A DNA stretch of 34,152 nt, taken from contig JAOUEV010000038.1 in assembly GCA_029858565.1 (NCBI GenBank), forward strand, positions 1-34,152, in the 5' to 3' direction. Both the position numbers and the translations under genes were made by a program. Every line of letters starts with the position of its first letter. The first letter of the stretch is position 1. The DNA is from Nitrospirota bacterium (GTDB lineage Bacteria > Nitrospirota > UBA9217). The notes under the pieces were generated by a model that did not search any database, was not told the origin of the DNA, and worked only from the letters and a program-made list of their open reading frames with translations. Positions 15,113 to 30,100 of the stretch are shown here, in pieces.

Positions 15113-18100
15113 CTATTCGCTCAATTCAAACCATTTCCGTCCCCAGACTTTAAGAAGTTCATCGAGCTGAAGCCGGATCCGCCATTTAGCCGGTGTTGAT
15201 TTTTTCACCTCATCGATAGCGTTGAGGATCGCGATGATGTTCTGTTCCGCTGTCTTGCGGTCACCGGCTGATTCATTCACCGAGCGGAGATCATCCAAGG
15301 CTTTGAAAATCGCCAGGGCATCTTCCTTGCCTGCTGCTGTCGTCGTGTTCAGATCGTATAGAACGTCGCGCAGCAGCGTTCCGGAGCTCTTCTCTACCTT
15401 GACCATAAGATCGAGCCGATCGTAGAAGCGATACTCGCCTCCGTTCCGGTACCATGCCTCCGTCCGCGTGAGATAATCGGCCGCTCTGTCGTCTACCCTG
15501 AGGGAATAGCGGAAGGTCCCTGTTTCCGACGCCTGGAGGGACTTCTCCCATGTCAGGATGTCATCGATCAGCGGCGTGGCCGGCCGGATCGCGTCAACGG
15601 AAACGCCCATGGGCAGAAATTCGCGTATCTGTATATCCACAGGCTCCGTTGAATTGTTCACGCTGATCCTGATCGGCACGATCCCCAACGGCCGCGGATA
15701 GAATTCAGCAGGACGCACATAATTGATGCTGTTGATCAGGAGCGCCGCTGCCTTTGCCTGGTCCGGGGATTCCGGCAGATTGAACGTATAGAGAAGCACC
15801 TTTCCGCGGCCGTACTCCCGTGCCACAATCGAAGGATATGCCGTCTGTTTGTCCAGGACCGTGGCGAAGACCGTTGCATTCGGGTCAATAACCTCAGCGA
15901 CAACATGCTTGCCGCTGCTTTCGAGGGCCGATTCGGTGCTGAGGGGACTGTCGAGCAGGGAAACGGTCAGATTCTCGGCAGTCGTCCTTCCCGTGAATTT
16001 GACGCCGTACAATTCATCAAGCACCGGGTCCACCTCATGACGCGCCTTGATGAAGATCAGCCCGTCGCCGTAATGCACCGCATCCCTGATTTCCCGGCCG
16101 ACGAACGGTTCCTTCACGTCGACGAGCATGTAGGTGTTGTAGCGGCCTGAGCGATATTTCATCGCAAAATCGTCTTCGTCCTTTGCGATGCTGTAATTGA
16201 TGCCTGCTGATGACAAAAGATTGCTAAGGACATCCAGGGAAGAGAGCTCTCTCCTATCCCGACCTTCGTCATCACGATTATCTTCTCGTTTACATGCTGC
16301 ATCCTTCTTAATATCGGCACACCCTTTATTTTCCCTGTCATCATCGTCATGGCCGCCACGCTCATCTTCGCAGTCCGAATCATCCCCTTTTTCCCGCCCG
16401 TCAAACCAAACAAGAACAACGGGATCGGCCGCGATCTTTTTCGAAATTGTCATGGTGACCAAGTTAACAGTAATTGCCTGTTCAGTTTCTTCGTTCTGGA
16501 CATTATCGACGGATTTGAACAACACTGTATGCACACCCGACAGGCCATCCTTCAGGCTGAAGCTGCCGGTGTACGTCTGCCACGCGCCGTCATCAATGCG
16601 ATAGCTTGTCACACGAAGGCCGGACAGGTTGTCAGCGGCTGACAGGGTAAAGAATATCGACGGCGAAACCGCGTTCACCTGGCCTTCCAGCAGCGGCTCG
16701 GTCGCGGAAATGGTGGTAACCGGCGGCGTTGCGTCGACGGTAAGGACAAAAGACCCGTCCTTTTCGGTGTTTTCGACATTGTCAATGCTCCGATAACCGA
16801 TCGAGTGGGTCCCCTCCGTGGCAAGAAGGACTGGTCCTGCATAGCGCTCCCAGGACTTTTCATCGATTCGATATTCACTCCGGGCCACGCCGGAGGATGC
16901 ATCCGTGGCCTCAAAGATGATCTCGCTTCCGCCGGCAACGAACAGCTTTCCGTCAGCGGCACTGTACTCCGAACCGCTCACTGCCGCGGTCGTCTTCGGC
17001 GCGGTGTTATCGATGATCAAGGCAAGAGACTTGTCCGCCTCCAGGTTTGTTACCTGGTCCCGGCTCCGGTAGCTGATGGTATGAGTGCCTTCCGTGCTAA
17101 CCGTGAAGGCGGAATAGCGCGACCAGGCGCCGTTGTCGATGCGGTATTCCGTCAGCGCAACGCCGGACAGGTCGTCGGTTGCCGATACCGTGACCACGCT
17201 GGAACTCGATCCGTACAGGCTTCCGTCGCCTGCGGTATATTTCGGCGTACCAACGGAAAGCTCTGAGAGCGGAGGCATGTTGTCGATAATTACCGCTTCC
17301 GGTCCGATGGTTGCCCCATTGCCGAGACGATCCGATGCCTGCGCAACAATCCTGTGGCTCCCCGGCTCGCTGATCTTGAACGCACCGGCATACTCCTGCC
17401 ACGCGCCATCGTCGATGCGATAGCTAACCGCTGCGACACCGCTTCCTGCATCGGTCGCCGTGATGGTAACCGGCGAGGAGTTCTTCGCGTAGCGTGTCCC
17501 GTCCGCGGCAATAAAGACGGGCTCACCGACAACCAACTGAATCGCCGGTGCGGCAGCATCGACAACGAGACTAAGCACTCGCTCCTGCTCCAGGTTGCCG
17601 ATATTGTCCCTGCTCCGGTAACCAAGGGTGTGGGTGCCTTCGGACGATAGCGTAAATGGTGATGTGTAGGCAACATACTGGCCGCTGTCGAGCCGGTATT
17701 CCGTTCCAGCGACCCCGGAAATATCGTCGATAGCGCTTAGCGTAATTGCCGTGCTCGGCGCGAGGAACACGCTGCCGCCGGCCTCATGCTTCGGCGTGCC
17801 GATGATCGCCGTTGTTACCGGCGGCGTGGAATCCATCTGGACTTCAAAAGCCACGAGCGGCGTTGTTGCGGAATTGCCTGCCTTGTCAAATGCGCGGAAC
17901 GCAATCGCATGGGCGCCGTTGTCCGTTATTCCCGGCTCCCAGGTCGCAGCAAATTTCCCCCGGATCGGATCAGCCGGCGGGAGAAGTCTCCAGACGCCGC
18001 TGTCGATCCGGTACTCGACCCGGTCGATTCCCGTCCCGCTGTCGGATGCAGCGGCCTCGATTGCCACGGTCCCGCGATAGGAGCCGTTCGCAGCAGGCAA

Positions 18101-21100
18101 GACCGCGGTGACAACAGGCGCGATCATGTCCTTGACTGCAAAAGACGCGCTCGCCAGAGTTCCGTTCCCCTCTGGCCCGGTTCTCTGCAAAAGAACGGTG
18201 TAGGACTTGAAATCCAGGCCAGCCGTGGAAACGATCCATGTCCCGCTCCGCTCGGCCGATCTCGGAAGGTCTGCGGTTTGTTCGTGCGTGCGCAGGACCG
18301 CATTCGTCTCCGGATCCACCAAGACAAGCCTCGCGGCCACACCCGACGCATCCGCATTGCCGCTGTTCAAAAGGCTGTAGGTTATCGTTGCGTCGCTGCC
18401 AAAGGCCGTGACCGGCTGGGCTGTTTTGATCGATCCCGTGATCACCGGCACCGGCCGGATGCCGAAAGATGCGGATGCCGCGGCTTCCGGCTGGCCGTCC
18501 TGAAACACCTGCACCGAGACCGAATAGGTTCCCGCAGGGAAGGTTGACGTGTTCCAGGCAGCGCTGAAGGAGACAGCGGTCCCGGGAAGTATATTTGATG
18601 CATTATGTTCCGTCGTGGACAGCGCCGTGCCGTGAGCATCAAGGTAGTTCACCACGGCCCGGATCGCGGAAATAATGAAGTTCTTGCCGCTGTTCCTGAT
18701 GGTCACCGCCCCGGTCACGGCTTCCGCCGGGCCATACTCTGCCTTGTTCGTAGTGACCGAAGCCTGAATGTTCACATCCGGCAGGATGGTGAAATCAGCT
18801 GAGCTGCTCGCCAGGACAACGGTACCTTCCTTCAGCTCCGCCTTCACCCGATACCGGCCTGCAAGCGTTGTGCCGGTATTCCAGGCATACCCTCGCCTGA
18901 GCGGTTCGGCATATCCGACGGAGACGCTTTCCGCGGTGAACAGGACCACCGGGTACCCGTCGGCGTCCTCGATCCGCGTCTCGAGCGCGGCGGTCGTCGG
19001 ACGGCCGCTGTTCCAAAGCGATGCGTTGATCGCTACCGGCGAATCGCTCGCATAACGCAACGAATCCGCGCCCACTTCCAGTGCCACTCCCTCGCGATCT
19101 GTCACGGTGAAATCATGGATTGCCACATTGTTTGACTCGTCGCGTTCAGCGATCAGATCGTCAGCGTCCACGACGACGACAAGTCTGTTCTGTCCTGCTT
19201 TGCCGGAACTGTCCCACGGAACGTTCACCCACTCTTCCGAACCCGGCGCTATTTCGGGGATGAGCATCGAGAGCAGATGTTCAAGATTTCCGGCTCCATT
19301 CCACAGATACAAATCAACACTCACATCCTCTATCGGCGAACCGGACGGATTGCGGACAGGGACGGAGACCGCGACCTGCTCGCCCGCGATCGAGGCCGCC
19401 GGAAGAAGGAGAATGTCTTCGTCGACGACAGCGGCGTCGGGCGTCAAGGCGGCATCAAAGTTTATCGCGACGGAGGCGGATCGGTCGCTTTCATTCCCTG
19501 CTTTATCGGCGCAGGCGGCGTTGAACTCGTTCGATCCGTCGAGAAGAGCAACGCTTGCGAATTCGAACGACCCCGCGAGATCGACCAGTTTCACCGTCCT
19601 GGAAATCACCGCCAGGATCGTGCCATTCGCGGACGTCTCGATCTTCCCGATCGAAGACAGCGGCCCGAGCAGATCGCGGGCCGTTCTCGAAGCCGCCAGG
19701 CCTGCAATCCTGAGGAAATAGCCGCCCTTGGCAGAGTTATAGACCATATACAGAAGTTCATCGCCCGACGCGGACCATGAGGGCCGAAACGCGTTGTCGG
19801 CAATGCCTGCCGAGGCGGAGGCGCCGGTCGACAGATCGTAGATCATCACTTCGCTCGAGCCGCTGGCATATGACGTATACGTGAGCCGCTTGCCGTCGGG
19901 CGACCAGGTGAAAGAATCCCATCCGCCGTCGGGATCAATCGACTTCGATTGCATGGTCTCGACGTTCAGCAGCTGCAGTCCAGCCCACCGGACATAGGCC
20001 AGATATTTCCCGTCCGGTGAAATCCGATCGTCGTAAAGATCGGAAGCGGAGAGCAGGGATTTCAAACTTCCCGTTGTCAGGTCCTTCAGCATGACCGACA
20101 TGGTGTTCCCCGCAACGCTCAGCACGCAGACTTTCGCACCGTCCGCTGTCCACTGCGCGCCATATTCCTGCCTCGACGCGCCGGTGTTGACCGGCGCCGC
20201 GTCGCGACTATCCAGAGGCATGATCGCGATCCGTTCGTTTCCTGAATAACCCTCGTAGAACGAGTAGGCAATCTGCGTTCCATCGGGCGACCAGACGGGA
20301 TGGAACGCCCCTTCAATCGCCCGTTCTTCCGCTCCCGTCGCCAGCGTCTTGAACCAGAGAGCGCCGTCTTTTGCGTAGGCGAGGATCGCTCCGTCCGGAG
20401 AGAGCGCGGGAGACTCATCGATCCCCTCCAGCGCATAGGAGGTAACCTCGTCGCTGGGAAGCGCCGGGGTTTCGCCCGCCGGGCTCCCGTTCCGGTAGAG
20501 ATGCACGGTCGTACCGGGCTCTCCGATCCCGGTGATCGCGATCCTGGCGCGCGATGCCTGCGCCGGCGCGCCGGGCCGTGCCGGGAAAAAGATCCCGGGG
20601 GTGGACGGAGCTATCGTATCGACGACAACAGCGGAAGCTTCGTCCGAATAGGGGCTTTCATTGCCGACCCCGTCAACCGACGTGACAACGTAGAAATATT
20701 CCACGCCGTTCGTCAGACCGGAGTCCTCGTAGAGGGTGCTCGTCAGCTCCGCCCTATTCACCCGCTCGTAGGGGCCGCCTGTCTGCAAACCACGATAGAG
20801 CGCGTATTTCGCCTGCGGTGTAGGATTCCACTCGATCCTGAGGCTCCCCCCCTCGGGGAGCGACTGAATATGGAGACCCGCGGGCGCGTCAGGCAGCGGA
20901 ACAGCAACGGTGGCCGTCGCCTCTTCGGACGGCGCGCTTTCGTTGTTCTTCGCGTCAACCGCGGTTATCCGGTACCGATAGTTTCCGTTGGCAAGATCGG
21001 TGTCCCTATAGGTCCGGTCGGTTGCAGGCGTCGCACCTAGCAGGATCCATCCCGACGGGCCGCTCCTGAACACGCGGTACGTCGCGACGTCGGGCTCCGT

Positions 21101-24100
21101 GTTCGGGACCCACGTCAGAAGCACGCGGGTTCCGTCGGGAACCGCAAGAAGACCCTGCGGCTGGCCGGGCGGCACGACATCCCCGACCTCGGCCGAAACC
21201 GACTGGCTCGGCATGCTCTCCGCTCCATAGCCGTCGACCGCCGTGACGGAATATTGATAGACGCCGTCGTCGAGCGCGACATCCTGAAACGAAGGAATAT
21301 CGATCAGCTTCGCCTCCGTCAATCGGATCTCGGAAATACTCACGATGCCGTCAGCATAGGGGTATGCCAGCTCCGTTATGTACAGCCTGATCTGCGCGGT
21401 GCTCACGGGCGGCGACAGCGAGATCGTGTTCCGGGTGAGTTGGTTCCCGGTGACCGTCGCCGCCGTGACCCAGGCATCGCCGGTAAAGAACTGGACTTTG
21501 AAGGCCGCGGCAGCCGTGTTCGCGTCCAGCCAGTCGACCGAAATGCCCTTGATCATCTTCGTTTCCGGAAGCGTGATGCTCAGCCATTGCGGCGTGAAAT
21601 CCCACCAGCTGTAATCGGACATCCAGAACGTGTCGGAATTGCCGTCAAAGGCAAGGGGACCCGACACATCGACGCCCCAATAGTAATAATCCCAGTTGAT
21701 CGAGGAAACGTTGACCTCGCCTTCGGTGACGGCCGTTTCCGGATTCGCCTTCCGACCGTTTCTATACAGGTTATATCCGCTCACGTCGGCTTCGGGATTC
21801 GCGGTCCATGCCAATGTCACCGTATTGCCGGAGACTGCCGCCTGCAAATCCGCCGGCGCTGACGGCGGTTCGTTGTACAGCACCGTAACGGGGACGGACC
21901 ACCTGCTCGCATTGCCCGCGACGTCAACCGCCTGCGCGACGATAGTGTTCATCCCGTCGTGTAGCGTGATATCGGCAGAGAAGCCTCCTTCTCCGTCCGC
22001 ATCGACGACAGCGAGCGGCGCGGAGCCTTCCGACGGATCCGCATAAATGCCGACCGAAGTATTCGGCTCCGCATTGCTCCCGAGGAGGAGGACAGGATCG
22101 TCCGTCACCGGCGATTCCGGTTGCGCGATCACGGGCGCGTACACCCGGGCGATCGCGGATTGTGACGGAGCGCTCTCATTGCTGAACAGATCGACCGCCG
22201 TCAGTTCGTACGCATAGATCCCGTCGGGGACATTCTTGTCCAGATAGATCGTCGTTTCCTTCTGCATCGAACCGCCGCTGATTCGCACCCTGCTTCCGTT
22301 CGAAGTTCGGTACAGATAGTAGCCATCCAGATCTGACTCTTCGGTTCGCGACCATGTCAGCGTAACCTGCGATCCGTTCGTCCGCGCGAGCAGCCCGTTC
22401 GGCCGTACAGGCGGCGTCAGATCGGCATAGCGTATCATGACGGGTATCGGCGCATGGTCCCATTTACCTGACCGGTCGGTTGCGACCGCCTGAATATAAT
22501 AGTCTCCGTACGGCAGGCCGATCGCGGCGGGATCGAAGATCGTCGTATAGGGCCGGAGCGTCACGCTCGCACCGATATCCGTCCATGTCCCGTTTACGGT
22601 TTTGTACTGGAAAAGAACCGATGCCACGTCGAAATCCGGCGTTTCGGCTTCGATGGATAGGGCTGATTCGAAACGGGCAAGGTGAAGCGGTTCGACGATC
22701 GTGGCTTTCGGTTCCCGTTCGTCGATCATTACCTGCAGGCTGTTCGACGGCATGCTGCTGTTCCCGGCCATGTCCACCGCAACGACGGCATATGCATGGG
22801 ACCCGTCGGGCAATGCGGAATCCGCGTAACCCGTGCCTGCCACGAGATAGGGCTTGATGTCGACAGGGAGATCGACGCCGGCATTCGCAAGCTGATCATT
22901 GCGATATACCAGATACCCAGCCAGGTCGGTCGTATTCGCCGACGGCTGCCAGAAGAGCGTTGTCGTCAATCCCGAAGCGATAGCCGACACCAGTATCGGC
23001 GCAGGCGGCGCTGTATTATCGACCGTGACGGTTACACGCCATTCCGTGACATTTCCGGAGATATCCTCGGCTTCCAGCCTGATAAGGTAAGAACCGTCTG
23101 CGACACCGGCGGTATCCCATGCGCCGAGAAGACCGGCGGAGACCGAAACGGGCGACAGGCGCAGGGAAGTCCACTGATCCGGCGTTTCGCTCCGTGCCGT
23201 CGCGAGCCGATATTGCTTGAAATCCTTCCTGCTGAACGCCGTTCCCTTGACGTCCACGACACCGTGAACAGAGGTCCCGTCTGCGGGAGCGGAGATGCGC
23301 GCGTCCGGCCCGGTCAAATCGATCGTAAGCGTAACCTCATTGGACGCGGCGCTCTCCGCAGTCGAGCTTCCGACGGCTTTCAAGGTATAGGTATAAACGC
23401 CACCGGTCAAATCGTAATCGCTATATGGCGGCTCCATGATTGGCTCGCTGTTCACTTTCACACCGTTCCGGTACAGGTTGTAGCCGACGACGTCCTGGTT
23501 CCGGATGAGCGGCCAGGCGAACGCCGTCGTCTTCCTGTCTTTCAGCCATCCGGAAAGAGCGGGAGCCTCCGGCGGCCGCGCGTCGACAAGTACGCCGACC
23601 GTCGATTCGGCTTTGTTCCCCGCTGTATCGCTGACGGTCAACCGCAGGCAGTACTCGCCGTCCGGCGGCAGGGCCTTCCAGGCGGCGAGGACATCGTTCT
23701 GCACCGGCGCACTCCCTGACTTCAGGACGACCCATTTCAACGCATCAGGGCATCTTCCTTCGGCCAGGTCGAGAATATAGTCTTCCAGATTTGCATCCCT
23801 GGCGCTTCCACGAACATCGGGCGGCGACGTTATACGGTCCCCTTCTTTCGGCACCGTGATGATCGCTTCCGGCACTGTATTGTCGATAACAACCCGGACC
23901 TTCGCTTCCGAGGTCGTTCCCGCCTTGTCCTTCGCGACAAGCGACAGCGTATACAGTCCGTCGGGAACGGCATCCTGCGCCCCGACATGCCACTCGGCGA
24001 AGCGGGGTGCCGCGGGAGCGCCTTCGCCGCTGAACAGGTCGGTCCAGGACGCTGGCGCATCGCCGGATCCGTAGCGCACCACGTACCCTTCGAGATTCTG

Positions 24101-27100
24101 ATCCGTGATCGCCCCATCGACGGCGATGACGCTCCGCGCCGAACCGAAATGATCGCCCTCTTTCGGACCGGTGATCTTCACCTCCGGCGCCGTTCTATCG
24201 ACGGAATACAATGCGGTTCTGACCGTCTGGTTCCCCGCGCCGTCGGACGCCGTGGCCTGTATCTTATATTCGCCGTTCTCCACCTGCGCCAAAGCGCCGA
24301 AGATCGCCTCCGATCGCGACACCGAGCCTCGCGCGATAATCGCTGAACCGGACGGCCCCGACACAAGAACCGTATACTCCGCCAGATTCAAGTCTTCGAT
24401 CGTTCCGCTGACGACGATATCCTCCTCGGTTCCATACCCGTCTCCCGGAGAAAGAATGTTCACGACCGGCAGCGTTGCATCGACGACAAGCGACAGATCT
24501 TCCGTCTGGCTGACCGTCTCGTCGTTCAGCAGAGTCGCCGCTATCGCGGCGCGATAGACACCGTCGGCGACCGCGGCGCCGCCGTCGTTCCTGCCGTCCC
24601 AGGCGAACGTAAACGTTCCCGCGGCAGCGGCGACGGTGTCATAGGTACGGATCGCGGCGCCGTTCGCGGCGCGGATCGCGAGATGCACCCTGGCTGCGTT
24701 CACGAGCGTCCAACTGACGGTCGACGCATCCGACGTTCCGTCGCCGTTCGGGGAAAACAAGCGGGGAAAAATAGCGTAATCGCTGATCACCGCATACCGC
24801 ATGCCGTTTCTGAGATCGACGAGGACCCGGCTCTCCGTCTGGTTGCCGGCGGCGTCGAACACGATTAGCCTGAGCGTCCACAGGCCCTCGCCGTCGGTGG
24901 TCTTCCAGACTCCCAGGACGTCGTTTCTCACCGGCGCTGTTTTTGTCGCGATCAGCGTCCAGGATTTCGGCGCTTCGCCCATGCCCGCGTCGAGTTGATA
25001 ATGGCTGAAATGCGCATCGTCGGCGGTGCCGCGCACTTCGATGATATTCCCGACAACCGTGCTGGGCGTTGGGTAGGTGATCAGCGCAGCCGGCGGCGTT
25101 GTATCGACGTCGGCGAATAGCGTCGTATTCGTCCCGTTTGCGCAAGCGTCCGTCACAGTGACGTGAAGCTCGTAGCTCCCGTCGGCGACAACGCGGTCGG
25201 CGTCATCCCATCCGTTCCAGAGCATAGTACCGCCTCCGGTAGCTTCGTTGCTGCTGATGCTGCGCACCAGCGATCCGGATGCGTCCCCTTTTCTGAAAAT
25301 ATCGATATTGATGTGAGCGAATTCGTCGAGCGAGAAAGGAATCGCCAGGTCGTCGTTCCTCCCGTCGCCGTTCGGCGAAAGAATTCCGGTCGGCATTTCG
25401 ATGGCGAGTTTCGGCGGAACCGTATCGAGCTGCACCGGCGCATCCAGGCACCCCGTATTTCCCATGGGATCGGTGGTTTTCATCTTCAGCAGGTAATTCG
25501 ATCCTCGTTTATTGGTAACGTCCCACGTTGCGAGCATCCCGTCGATGGTCCCGTGTTTGACGATGTCGCCGCTGCTGTCCTTGGCCGTGCACTCGATGGA
25601 GCCAAGAATCTCGCAGGGGGTGTAGGAAAGTGCGGTTGACATCTGCCGTTTTCCGACAACGGGGAAATTATCGTGCACCAACGCCTGGAGCGGTATTCCG
25701 AACCGGTCTCCCATCCTGACGGGACAGGCTTTTTGGTCCGCAGCAGGGGAGAGCAACGATACCTGGGGAACTGAGTGATCGACCGTCAGCGTCTGATGGT
25801 CGCGAACCGTCTTGATCGAATTATCGCTCGGATTCAGGTAGGTCAGCGCCGCATCGACGGCATAACCACCCTCGATCAGGTTGCCGATATCGAGATCCAT
25901 TGAACCGCCGAGCCCCGCGAACACTTCGGCGCCGTCCGCATGATGGACCTTCGTTGTTCCGTCCTTCATGAAAATCGTAATATCCAGTGCGGTTTCGGGA
26001 GCCGCCCCGATAAGCCATTGCCCCTCGGTAACTTTCGCAGCGACCGTTACCGTCCTGACCGGCGTGTTGCAGCCTTCCAGTCGCGGGGTAAACATCAGTT
26101 CGAGCTTGACGTCGCAGTAGCCGTCTACGATATTTGACTGGCGAACGGTCCCGGCGACCGTCGTGCCGGTCATGCGGAGCAGGTCGCCGTTCTTTATCTG
26201 TCCGCCCGCATCGTCAAGGATGAACCCGCGTCCGGGAATCGCGTCGCCCCGATTGGCGTCGAAAACCGCGAAATCGCTCCAGACGGTCTTCTGCGCTGCC
26301 GGCGCCCGCTCCACCTTCAGCATCTGCAGCGGCGAGTTCAATCCGTTCGTGATCACGAGTTTCTTCACGGCATCGCATATCAGCGACAGCTCGAATGTCT
26401 CCGCATGCCTGAGGACACCCGCGTTGCTGAAATACTCATTACCACCGTCGTCGACCGCCTTGACCCTCACGAGGTGATCGATGTCGGAGCTGAGAAGCGA
26501 GTTGTCCCACTGTACGAGCACGTCGCCGTCTGCGGGAGATTCGATCGTCCTGCCATCCGTCCAGATCCCCGTCTGTTCATACTGGACGACCAGGCGGGAG
26601 AGCGACCGCCGAATCGTTTCCGCGATCCGCAGGGAGTGCACACCGAACGGACCACTAAGCACCGGCGCGGGCTGGCCCTCGGCCGGCGCGATGTCTATCG
26701 GAGAATCGTCCCAGGCGTGGAAGACGATCTGCTCCGGCACGAATCCGCTGATGAACGCGCTCCGGTTCCCGGCCCCATCCTCGCCAGTAATCCTGAACTT
26801 GTTGCCGGCAAGCCCCGTCACCTCATCCTGGCCGAACGACCGAGCTACCGAGTCCTGCGTTCCGCCCGCCGCTTGTCCGCTCTCCGGGACCGCGCTCCCC
26901 AGGCTCCCCGAACCGCTCGCGATTTCGATCCACTCCCGCGGATCTTCACCTGCTCCCCGCGAGACGACCCATTCCTTGATACCCTCATCCCTGGCATGCG
27001 CGTTCACATCGAACGCGAGGCCCTGCAGCACTTCGCCGTCTTTCTTTTGATAGATCGTCCCGGGAACAACGCGTACGTCCGGCGGCGTCGTGTCCACGGT

Positions 27101-30100
27101 CACGTACAGTTCGCTATTCAGCACCTTGATCCGGTACCTGCCGTCGGGGACGACAGACCCTGATCCGTCGCGGCCGTCCCATGAGACGACGTATGATCCC
27201 GTCTCGAGGTGGTTCATTTCGATCGAATTGACCGGATCATTATTGTCATCGTATATGGTGAAATCGAGATTCACCGGCTCGTTGACCCGGTAATGCACAT
27301 CCACCGATTCACGCACACCATCACCGTTGGGCGAGATGGTATCGACGCTCTGATAGATGTCCGAAATGCTTGAGAACTGGCCCCAGGAAACCGACTTGAT
27401 GCTTTCGGCCCGGTTACCCGCCTTGTCCCATCCCGTCAGTCTGACCTTGTAGGTGCCCGGAGCGGGCGGTACCCATTTTCCGAAGGTCCCGTTCCGGACA
27501 GGCGCCTCCTTCGGCGGCGCTATGAGGTTCCATTTTTCGGGATGCGCCGCGTCGGCATATTCGATGCTGTAGCCGGCGAAATTCCGGTCTTCGGCGGTTC
27601 CCGTCAGCAGCACGTCGGATTTTTCCCTGGTCGCGCGAAGCTCTACTGGCAGATTGAGAAATGATGAGATCACACCGACGCGACGGTCATAGACGCCGTT
27701 TAAATAGACATATGTCATGTGGCGTCCTGCAGGAGCCACCCCCCGGAAGTACTCCCAATTGGATGGACGTGCATCGAACGTCAGCGGGCCTGCCTTTTCC
27801 GTCCGCACATTCACGTAGCATTGGTTGTATAAATCGGAATACAGCAGGGTCTCGTCGTCCTCCAGCCAAACCGCGTCTACCCATCCCCAGTACCGGGTAA
27901 AAACCTTGTTTACCGCGGCTTTTGCAATATCGACAACCATCACGTCAGCCACATTTTCGTTATCTCTCAATTTTTCAGCTAAATAGATTATTTTTGTCCC
28001 GTCAGTCGACCAACGGACATCGTAGATATCCGAGTCCTCATATTGAACGATTTGTCCGCCATCAATATCATAGACTTCCAGGGGCATCGGTTTCCGATAT
28101 CCCCTATCGCGGGTAATCATGAAGGATCGACCTTCAGGTGCAGGGTAAAGATTGACATAATCCCCCGTGGTACCGGTCGCAAGTTCCTTGATCGTACCGC
28201 CCGATTCCGCGTCAACACTTACTACATGTTGCGAACAGGAGACCGGGCCGCAGAGATCATATTCTACGAGCAAACGCGTATTATTCAAAGCCCATGCAAC
28301 TTGCATGAGATCGTCGATCTTTGCAATTTCCCTTCTGCCGCCGGACATGTCCGCTATGTTCAGCGCATAGGTCGTGGAATATCCGTTATTCCGGGGCTTG
28401 TACGTTGCATACAGCAGTTTCCTGCCATCTGTGGACCAGTTGAAGAAATCGATATATCCCGTTGTCGAGACCACCAGCGATTTTCCGGTTCCATCGGATC
28501 GCACGGCCCAGAGATATCGCTGATAACCGTCATAGGTTTCATAAAGAATATATTGTCCATCGGGAGACCACCCCTTAGCAGAATTATTCAAGAAATTCCA
28601 GAGGTAGAAAGTGGCCCCGGCATCGACAACAGCCATGCCGGATCCGTCCGGATTCATCAACATTAGCTGTTCGCTGCTGTCGTAAGATTTCCGCCAATCT
28701 TTGTTCCTTTTCAGCACATAGACGGCGATCCTATCGCTTGTCGGCGAGATGGAATAATCGTAGTAGTACCTATAGACAGGATCGTTCTCAGCGCTCCATT
28801 CCAATGGGACGATGCGTTGCATCTCCATACCGTCCGGGGACATCATATACAGTCCCGAGCTGACACCATAATTCAGCAATTTATCGGGATTGCTTTCATT
28901 ATAAATATAGCAAAGCAGAATGCCGCTTTCGTCAGGCAACCAGCTGAGTCTCGTGTCATCGCTCGGCACGCGTTTGGAAAGTTCGTCGAACTGAAGATAT
29001 CCCGACGCTGCCGCTTCGAGAAGGAAGGACCGGTTGGTATCGACCACCACGGACGCGCTTTTCAGCACGTTCCCCGCGCTGTCGAGAATCCGGAAGCGGT
29101 ATTCGCCGTCGTCGGCAACCGTGCCGTTGTCCTGTTTGCCGTCCCAGGAGAAGGACCCTTCCGATTGGGGTGTTCCGCTCGCCTCGAACGATCGGACCGC
29201 CGCACCTTCGGCATCCACGACCTCGGCGCGAACCGTCGCCGGTTGATCGAATCGATAGAACAGCTTCGCGTTGTCCTGAACGCCGTCGTTGTTCGGCGAG
29301 AGGTACGTCGTTGACAGCCAATGCGTGCCGTCGAATACGCTCAACGGCCTGGATGCCCGGTTGTTGCTCGCGTCCACCTCGATCGCGGGGTCCTGGGCCG
29401 GATTGACGATGATGACGATATTCCGGCTCCCCGTCCTGCCGGACGTGTCGAAAGCGATCCGGATGATTCTTTCGTTCTTTCCGGGAACGCGGTCCACGAC
29501 CGTCTCCGCGATAAGCGCCTCCCCGTCGTACGCAGCCACCGGAACATTCACGGCATCCTGCCCGCCGGAATTGAACAAGGTCGCTATAATGTCCACGTTG
29601 TCGCCCTCTTTCGGGGCCGCAGGCTGAAATTCGATGAGATCGGAAGTGATCGACACATCAGGATAGCTCAGCACGTCCAGCGTCACAAATGCGCTGTTGT
29701 CGTCCTTCCGGATTTCCGCTCCCGCGTAGTCCGCCTGAACAAAGATGATCTTTTCGCCGGATTCCTGGATATCTGCCCATTCAGCCGTCACGGTCGCGCT
29801 TTCGTTCGGCGCGAGCTGCTGGATCACCGTGCTGTTGAGAAGCAAGCCATCGTCCCCCGGCACGCCGCGGTGGAAGGTCACGGTGATATCATTCGCCGCA
29901 GCAACGCCTTCGTTCTTCACAACCGCGGACAGGCGTGCCGTGCCGCCTTGGTTGACCGGCGAGGGAGTGACTGCGATGTCCTTGTACGAAATCGTGATGT
30001 TCGGATCTGTATAAACAACCGCATTCACCGTCACGGGCACGCTCGCCTTGTTGTTCTCCTCCGACACTTCGGCAAAATTACCGAGCGGGTCCGCCTGCAC

